A stretch of DNA of 63,992 nucleotides, counting the filler, from Platydemus manokwari (Eukaryota), in assembly GCA_037951405.1 (NCBI GenBank). It is 6 parts of 6 records of this genome, joined end to end, with 100 filler letters (N's around TTAATTAATTAA, not from the genome) between each part and the next. Parts side by side here need not be neighbours in the genome. Positions count along the whole stretch, not along the records: positions 53,493 to 63,992 come from JBBMOY011129107.1; 5 more parts are not named here. One strand, written 5' to 3'. Below are positions 54,246 to 63,992 of the stretch, piece after piece; the stretch's first letter is position 1, and each line of letters starts with the position of its first letter. The notes below the pieces were generated by a model. The model did not search any database. It was not told the origin of the DNA and saw nothing but the letters and a program-made list of their open reading frames with translations. The translations under genes and the position numbers were made by a program.

Positions 54246-55425
54246 AATTTTAAATATTGATAAATATATTCAAATTAATCGACCTATCAATTTTCGAATT
54301 ATGAAACTTCAAACAAAATGTTTAAATGCTGGTTGTGAATCAATAGTTGAATTGATAATGGTAGCAGATCACCTACAGAACTGCACAAAGAACACTCAAC
54401 AATGTTCACCGTTCAATTATGAAAAATTAACGAATGACAACATGAAAGATCATTTCTCCAATGATATTTATCTTGATATAAAATTATTTATAAAAGAAAT
54501 CCACAAATTGTCATCAAAATATATCGATCTCGAACAACAAATGATAAAAGATAAACAAACAACACAAGTAAAATCGATATTTATCAAATTATATTTTGTG
54601 ATTGACAAATATTTTAGAAAATTATTGCAGATTTGCAGAGAAAGGAAAATGAGAATTCGAAGCAAATCTAGATGTTGAATGAAGAAATAATGGCTTTGAA
54701 AAATGAGAATCGATCGATGAGAGATGAACTGGAATCGGTTAAAAATAACAAGACAGATCAAGTGATATCGATGATGAAATAATTGATTTTAAATAATGTG
54801 ATTTGTTAATTCACATTGAGATTTTTAACAAGAAAATCGATAATTATATCCAAGAAACAGAACAACTAAAATTATAAATGGAAAAGACAGATGTAATTTT
54901 GATTTGTTAAAATTTGGCTGATATTTGATAGTTTCTTCAGAAAGCCAACAACAAATCAATAGATTAGATTCGGTGCAAAGCGCTGGGCATTTCGATTGAC
55001 GGCCAAATAATTCAAAATCAATCCAGCGGTTAGAGAGGAGTGACTATCCAATTTTCAGTGATTCAGTTCCCTCTCACAAAAATGGTTTCAAAATGTGCCT
55101 AGCTTTGAGGTATGATTTTTCTTATATATTGTGGATATCTTTCTGCATTTTGAGGTGGCAATTCTTTGATAATCTCGAATGGCCTTTCGATAGAAATGTC
55201 TAACTGGCTGTGATAAATCAAAAAACTGGACTCACTCACAAAACGGCAACCATAAAATGTTCCAAATATTACGATGATCATGCACTACAGAAACCAAAAG
55301 ATGAAAAAATGGAAATATTTTGTTGTGATTATCTCACAATCACCAAATCAGAAATATTGGGCAATCCCGAGTTGATTAAAGCTGATGAAATATTGATCCA
55401 AGCTTCAGTTTCTCTTAACAAATAA
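54246..55425 (+). pseudogene. TRAF-like gene (zinc finger, coiled coil, MATH) lacking its RING; nonsense-disrupted
   Basis: KLQTKCLNAGCESIVELIMVADHLQNC (TRAF zinc finger), coiled-coil exons, then MATH GHFD*R...PIFSDS...KNGFKMCL...WISFCILR...DNLEWPF..NV*LAVINQ...LIKADEILIQASV. Stops at 54669, 54875, 54997 and 55201, plus a phase mismatch near 54940. Confidence 0.85.
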
Positions 55426-56652
55426 GTCACTTCATCAGTATATTATCGATAATGGACAAAATAACCAATAATTTATTCACTTATTTCCATTAATTAAAAC
55501 AAGTCCATCTAAATATAACCTCCAATTGAACATCTGTAAATTATTTTCATTAACATCCCTCAAATGTCGCCCTATAATTCGATATAAAGTGATAGAGAGA
55601 ATCTATTTTACATTTACCGTATTGCAAAACTTATTCATTTAATAGAATAATAATCTACTTACTGGTAATTTGGAAACTAATAAAAAAAACAAATATCTAT
55701 TTAAGACAATGATTAATTGGTTAGCCGTGATAATTCACGACTTCTAGCATAGATTCTCTCTTGCGATTGAACCTATTATCACATTTTTCTTGGCTACGTC
55801 CAGTAGTTGATTGCTTATTAGTCGTCCTCAGAGTCAAGCTCCAACTGTGAATAGTCTTCATCCCTTGTTTTCGTTAATTTAGGGCAGTATGAGTTTGTTT
55901 TGCCATTGTGCAACTGTCATTGGAGGTACGATGCATTGATATTTGACTTTATGCATTTCATCGCTAGTTTGTGGATGAGCCCCAATTTTCATATTGTTAA
56001 TGCAGATATATTTAATTGGTGATTCCTTGTCTTCATAGATTGATAATAATAATTATTATTATTAAATATTATATTTTATGATTTATAAACATAAAATAAT
56101 AAATGAATATAACAATTTAAAATTATTCAGATATGGTGAATATTTTTCCTTTTAATTTCCTGATTTTAATCCAAAGTTGATTCTTCTTCAGACGAATATG
56201 CTATGACATAACTATTCGTGTAACATCAATGTTCCTTGCCTCAAATCTTTGAATCAGTTTCGGTTGGATCTCATTACAATATACAAACCAAGATATATTA
56301 CAAAATTTTATTAAATCATTTGTTATTTCCCTGAAGGGTGATTGGATATCATCGATATTGAAAGTGATCCAGACAGTAGAATTAACAAAAAATTATATAC
56401 GAAAACATTTCAGAATAAATTACAGATAAAAATTATCATTCGTCAAATATCATAAAAATCGATCGAATGAGATATTAAAATTTCATTGACAAAATATTTC
56501 ACAACAACCATCACCATCAAATGCTTTTTTCGTCACAAAACAAATAATAAATATCGATTTTTACTATATATAAGTACATTCAAAGAGCACCAATGAAAAT
56601 GCAGGAAATTTTAGCCAATCAGAATGAAGACAAGAAATAAATATAATTTATT

Positions 56653-56675
56653 ACACACACACACACACACACACA
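56653..56675. repeat. (CA)n microsatellite
   Basis: acacacac run just downstream of the PRMT stop codon. Confidence 0.95.
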
Positions 56676-56713
56676 AGTGCGCTTGTGCCCATCGCGAGCA
56701 AATTTATGCGCAA

Positions 56714-58276
<1,563 letters not shown>

Positions 58277-58994
58277 CTAAAATAAGTATTGTAATTTTCC
58301 CTTTCAAAAGAATTGAACCTTCAAGGTTGAAAAGTATAATAAAAAACCTTATGGAAATTTGAATTCACGTTAAAATATAAACTCTTTCAAAGATTTAGTA
58401 AATATTTAAACAATAAACTCAATAAATGAAATGTTGAATAGACAAAAAAATATTTTTTTTATTAATTTGAATATGATTATTTTATATTTCTTATTAATTA
58501 ATCGAGATTTTAATAAAATTGAATTTATTTTCAACTGTACATAGTCAAAGTTATTTTCAAGTTACTCTTTTAAAGTGTTTACATAATATTTTTAAAATTT
58601 GAATAATTTAACGATTTTTGTTCCGCATGTAAAGGAAATTATGTGGTTCATTTCATCGTTGAAATGTGCACACTTTTTGCCGTACTGTTTGAATTGATAT
58701 TAAAATAAATTTTAAATGTCAATAATTTGATTTCCCTTGATTGAATGAAAAGACGAAGATTTTCAAGTTAAGTGATTAATACTGTTTTAAAAGATTGATT
58801 ACGGTGCCTGAGTCTATTTCGATGCATTAATTTGTATTAAAATATTAGGATACCAATTTATTAAATTTAAATAACTGTTATGGGAAGTAAAAATGCCACT
58901 TAATTCCAAAACAATTGATTAAATTTGAAAAACCACGTTGTTCAGAATATTTTAAAAAATTGAATTTCCAAGATTTTCTATTCGCGATATCAAT

Positions 58995-59135
58995 TTATCC
59001 CAAACCAGTTTCTCTGGTGCCAACGCTGTTACCACCATATCTCGGACCGTTCCAATTGGTTTTGCTCCAAAAATGTGGAGCCTATTAACTATCATCTTAA
59101 TTCCAGAATTTGTTAGGATAGTCGTTTTGGTACCA
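58995..59135 (-). mobile_element. Possible Gypsy gag N-terminal fragment
   Basis: HIFGAKPIGTVRDMVVTALAPEKL loosely resembles gag G...Y..LR.L.AP.K segments. Confidence 0.3.
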
Positions 59136-62100
59136 TTTTTATTCTGTGTATAATCTTATTGTAAAATCAATTTTTATATTTTATTTGGTGTTATTTGTTG
59201 TATCAATAAAAGTAAGTGTGTATTCAGCTCGTGTTCATTGATCAAGAATGGCAGTAGTTCGAGTATAACAATAGTTGTTGAGACTAATTCAAGTAAACAA
59301 GTTTAGTAGATCATAGTTGCCGTATATATTGGGAGGCGAAGATAAACAATTAATAATACTGTTTAATAGATTGTACTTTGGGTTTATAATAGAACTACGT
59401 GAGATAGATAAGTCGACCGTGATCTATCCAAAACAGTAATAAAATTAGAGACTGATAGAGAGAACAAAAAAACAAAATCAACAAACCAGAAACACATCAT
59501 TTGTGTTTAACAGAAGGTATACACTGGTGGAACTAAAAATAGTTATGATTCCAAGAGAAGAATTTGGTCCTTTGGAACAGATCGTTGTTGATGTTGCGCA
59601 CTTTGTGGATTATATTATTAAATCAAGCATTTATTCAAAACTTCTGCTCACTGATCGGAGAAGGATTTTGTGGGGAATTGAAATAAAATAATTAACGATA
59701 CGTTTTAAAATAAAACTATAATTTACCTCCTTATACCTACATAAGTATCTTTTAATTTTAAAATTTTTAATTCAAAAGTAAGGAACTAAGAAAGGAATTC
59801 CAGAGAACACAGAGCAGAGAACACAGAACCAATCCAAAATTCAAATAATATAATTTACAATTTCGACCATTCAAGCCGAATGTGCATAATGACAATTTGG
59901 ACTAGAATATTCTAGTGTTTTGAATTTTAACGTATTAATTCATCATCTTGATATCAATTACAAATTTGATTCAGACTAATCGTTGTTGAAAAACCTTGAA
60001 ATAGTAATGTTACAGAGCTGGATCAACGAAATTATGTAAATCTCAAAAGTTTGGAAGGTTGTCATTTTCTCAATTGCCTCAACTAGCTGGAACATATTCT
60101 AATTCCAAGTCTTCAGTCTACTAAAATAGAGGATTTCAATCCCCAACCTAGTCATCCTACCAAAGTCTATGAAAGCCCCATTCCAATTGGGCAGTAGACA
60201 TTTATAATAATACTTTCGGATTTTTTATTAGACTGTGATTTTCGTGATAATCTTTGCATGAAATATATACAATGTTCTATTTATGGATATGTAAATAATG
60301 TATGTGTAAAATGTATTGGACAATTATAATAAAACAAATGAGGCGCAAAATTACATATTTGAGAATAATAATAATGAATAAAAATATTATAAAGTAGTAG
60401 AAAAATCAGAAAATTGGCACACAAAAAATAATTTTTACAAGAGTTTACAGAAGGAATTTAGAAGAAATTTTAGACCTGAATTATTGAAAAAAAATAAAAT
60501 TTAAAAACATTACAGGATAAAGAAATTTCAGGATAAAGATTTAATAATTACATGAAATCTACAATATTTAAAATATATATTTTCAACACAAAGAATGGTC
60601 GTTATTAGAGTCTTTCCGCGTTGGCCATTGAAAATTTAATTAAGTTTGATTTAAAGAAGATTTTCCTTAAGAAAGAGGATTGAAATTGGATTTCTTTTAT
60701 ATTAAATCATCTAAATTTGTGTATTTACAGTAGATTCAAATAGCAAGTATTGATATAACCTTTGTTTTGGATTATTGATTTATTTTGATTAAGATGTATC
60801 AATTCGCGCACCCTACGGAATAACATCGCTCTTCGACGGGCAGTAAAGGACTCACAATATGATATGAATAATGAACCGTATTAAGCATATATAAGTTAAA
60901 AAATATAATGAATAAAGGCTAACTTAGTCGAACGCTCAGAAAGAAATCACTTAGATAATCACCAAGCAATTATTATAAGAACTTTACAATAAATTTAATA
61001 GGACAATAGATTTAATAGATAATATATAATTTAATTATTATAAGGATTTTATGATCGAATTAACAGGACAGCTTCACTTAAATAATTCACGCTTAAATAA
61101 TTTTTATGAATGAGAAATAACAGGAACAAAATAGAATCATTTACAGTGCGAGTCGAGAAACTGAAAAATAGATAGTCAATTCCAAGATAAAAAGGTGACA
61201 GAATAAAAATATACAATTTTAATTCGTCCAGATATAAATCGATAGTAATACGAGCTTCGATATCAATGGTTATCTTAATTAGTCAGTGCTAATAGGTGTG
61301 ACGTATCATCGAGATATAAAATTATTTAAATTAACCAATTCGTGTTCAGAAATATGATTGAATTCATTCATATATAAATGGTACAAAATCTCAACACATC
61401 GATGTATGATAATATTATCATCTCTAAGTGATAATCATAAATTAAAATGATAACAATTTTACACTTATGTGAATACTTTTTTATAGAAAAGATCAGTATT
61501 CAGCCACTAAACGAAATTTATAATTTAAATGACTATTTATAAGATTTTAATGCAGTGTTTAGATATAACTAGCCATTACCACATGGAACTTGCAACACAA
61601 ATGATTTTAAGGAGTCAGCTGAAAAATGAATATTTAAATACAATATTTAAACAAAATTTATCGCTTTTAATATATTTATATTTTACTTTTATTAATTATT
61701 TAAGAATTAAATATTAGAGCTTTGAAATATAAACTAGTTAAAGAAATACTTATTAGCAAGATAAGATAAAATAAACTTAGTTATAAAATTCTTTATTGTA
61801 TATATTCAACAAAAAATTACAACTGTACAATATCTTTATTTGAAGTTATAACAGATGATAAAATCATAAAGCACCAAAATTTATTTAGCGCTAAATGTTT
61901 TAATACATCGATTTTGGATTCAGAAGTCACAACTTTTTAACATCAGATCTGAAATCATCCGCTTTATATTCAGCTTATACAGATTTATGGGGGTAATTTA
62001 TTTTTCCAATAATTTTTTATGAAATGTTGGAAAGTAAATAAGGCGCTTATTACTGATTTACAGTCTGATGTCATGCACAGACAAATATATAAAAATTATT

Positions 62101-62196
62101 TATTACTTCTATAAAAAATATGTGGACACGATTTTACTAATAAATATTTTTCAAATCAATTCCTCACGTCATTGATTTTTTTTTCCAATTATTTAG

Positions 62197-63881
62197 AATC
62201 AGATACCCCGCTTTACAATTGGTGATGAAGTAATAATAAATATCAAAGATGAGGAAGTTATTAAGCAGATGCAGGAATATCATGGCGGATGGAATTCAAA
62301 TATGAATGAAGTAAATTTGCTGATTTATCAATGATAACAGATAAATTATAGGTGAAATATTGATTTTCGATTATGGTGATATCAACTGAGTTTTAATTGC
62401 TTATAATAAAGTTTTTGCAGCGAGTAGCGAGAGAATTTATAAAATTTCTATCGCGTAGAGCAGAGGTGGCCAACTTTTGTGTACGTAAGATCGACTTTTC
62501 ATTTGAATAACATCTCACGCGACAGACTAAAATTGGCTTCAAGATCGACCAGTCGATCGCAATCGACCGGTTGGCCACCCCTGGCATAGAGTAGTGTTTA
62601 CACTTTTCAATTGAGCTACTTCTTACAATAGTTTATCTATCTTTAAATGTTTGCGCATATTGGTAGCTATTTTCTAAATTAGTCAGTCATTGTCTCATCG
62701 TGATTGAATTGTTGATTTCACTGATGGCTTTGTTCTACAGATCGATAACCGCTGGCTCTTCGTATAATTGAATTCTCAACGCCCTCTATATTATTGAGTT
62801 TAATCAAGTAGTTGTGAAATTTGAAAATTGTTTTAAAATGCCGTTTAAATTTCTATTTTTATTATATAATCCAGATATTACGTAATAATTAAAAATTATT
62901 TATAAAAAACAATCCGTTGTCATTGACAATTTTATATCTCAGTGCACAAAGAGACCTTCTGTAGTTATTCAATCAAGTGATACCGATGTGGTTGTGAAGA
63001 GTTTTTCTGGAAAGATATATCGATTAAATGCTGATTTACTGAAAATATATGAGAATAGTAAGAAAATAGCTTCAGACATTTTATTAAAGCAGTCTCTCAT
63101 TCCTAGATGGCCAATCAGAAGAGGATATTGTTCAAATTGTTGGAAATGAAATTCTTCAAGTCAATCTAGGAGGATCAAACAATGAAATGAAAAATATTTT
63201 AAAATTATTGGCCTTGCAGAATGTTTGAATATATTTTGATTCATCTGTTTTATTGATTGACATTTCAGGAAAATCCTTTTGAAGACTTGGTTTTATCTCA
63301 GCTGATAACTAATGGTCCAATGTCGCACATTGATTCTAGTTTTGGTGATAGCGCTCTTCATTTAGCTGTCCTGCACAATCAACTAGGCCGTTGCATGACA
63401 CTTATCAAAAATGGTGCTAATATCAATGCTCAGAATAACAAAAAATTGACTCCACTCATGCTAGCTTCTCTTTCTGGTCACGATGATATTCTCGCTTTTC
63501 TTGTCAAATTCAAGGGCATCAATATTCATCTTACTGTATTTTATTGATATGTCGTGTATTTAATTTTAAAAATATGTTTTTATTAGCTTTTAATAATATT
63601 GATTTATGAATTCCTTTAAATGTGAAAATATTATTGATTTATTTTATTGATATCATTGATATATCAGTATTGATGAATTAATGAATCCAGATATTGATAT
63701 ATTTTATGAATATAATGTGATTTATGTAGGACTCGAATGGGAACACAGCTCTTCATTTGGCTATTTATAATAATAAAGTGAAATCAGTGGAAATATTATT
63801 GAATTCTGGGGCCAATATTCGCATAGTCAATGGCAAAGATTTTAATGCTTGTCATTTTGCAACATTAAAAGGCAATGAAAA
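62197..63881 (+). CDS. Mind bomb-like E3 ligase, partial (MIB repeat plus ankyrin repeats); exons 62197-62310, 62943-63057, 63107-63222, 63269-63535, 63730-63881; continues past the window
   Basis: FTIGDEVIINIKDEEVIKQMQEYHGGWNSNMNECTKRPSVV....TDVVVKSFSGKIYRLNADLL matches the MIB (SH3_15) repeat. Ankyrin repeats follow: GDSALHLAV, LTPLMLAS, GNTALHLA, FNACHFA. Exon phases are compatible. Confidence 0.85.
62461..62583. mobile_element. 123-bp hAT MITE in an intron of the mind bomb-like gene
   Basis: TIRs cagaggtggccaac / gttggccacccctg; 8-bp TSD gcgtagag and gcatagag; internal tcgacc/tcgatc repeats. Confidence 0.9.
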
Positions 63882-63992
63882 GTAATTATTTATTATTGGT
63901 TTTACGTAGCTAGATCAATTTTGGTCTCAACACATCTCATTACTGTGATAATTATAGCATTTCTGATTATAAAATCGATAATAACTTTAATA

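Noticed and set aside
54246-55425. Alternative genetic code (TAR=Gln, TGA=Trp) suggested by the TRAF stops
   Set aside because: Intact genes in the window have no internal stops and end in TAA or TGA; this locus also has a phase error and lacks its RING.

Overview
AT-rich animal genomic DNA with mostly 40-60 nt GT-AG introns, (ATT)n tracts and many decayed transposons. The gene content (flatworm-style Ly6/CD59-like domains, TRAF relics, an intronless orphan GPCR, a Maverick end) suggests a planarian or other flatworm; this is inference. The window is not one locus. Six pieces of about 9-12 kb are joined by identical 100-nt N44-TTAATTAATTAA-N44 spacers, so neighbourhood across spacers cannot be trusted. 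Genes I could splice by hand are a Dpy-30-domain (DYDC-like) gene, the 5' part of LRPPRC, a class A GPCR, an unknown multi-exon gene, an F-type lectin + PAN gene, a secreted protein with four three-finger-like domains, a complete PRMT6-like gene and part of a mind bomb-like gene. There are also two TRAF-like pseudogenes. Mobile DNA includes Gypsy, non-LTR, Penelope, pogo, Tc1/mariner and hAT-MITE relics and a probable Maverick/Polinton terminus. The strongest leads are the four-domain three-finger gene built from symmetric phase-1 exons, the Maverick end inside a TRAF exon, and the GC-rich PRMT6 body. All homology calls come from motif recognition by eye; no searches were run.
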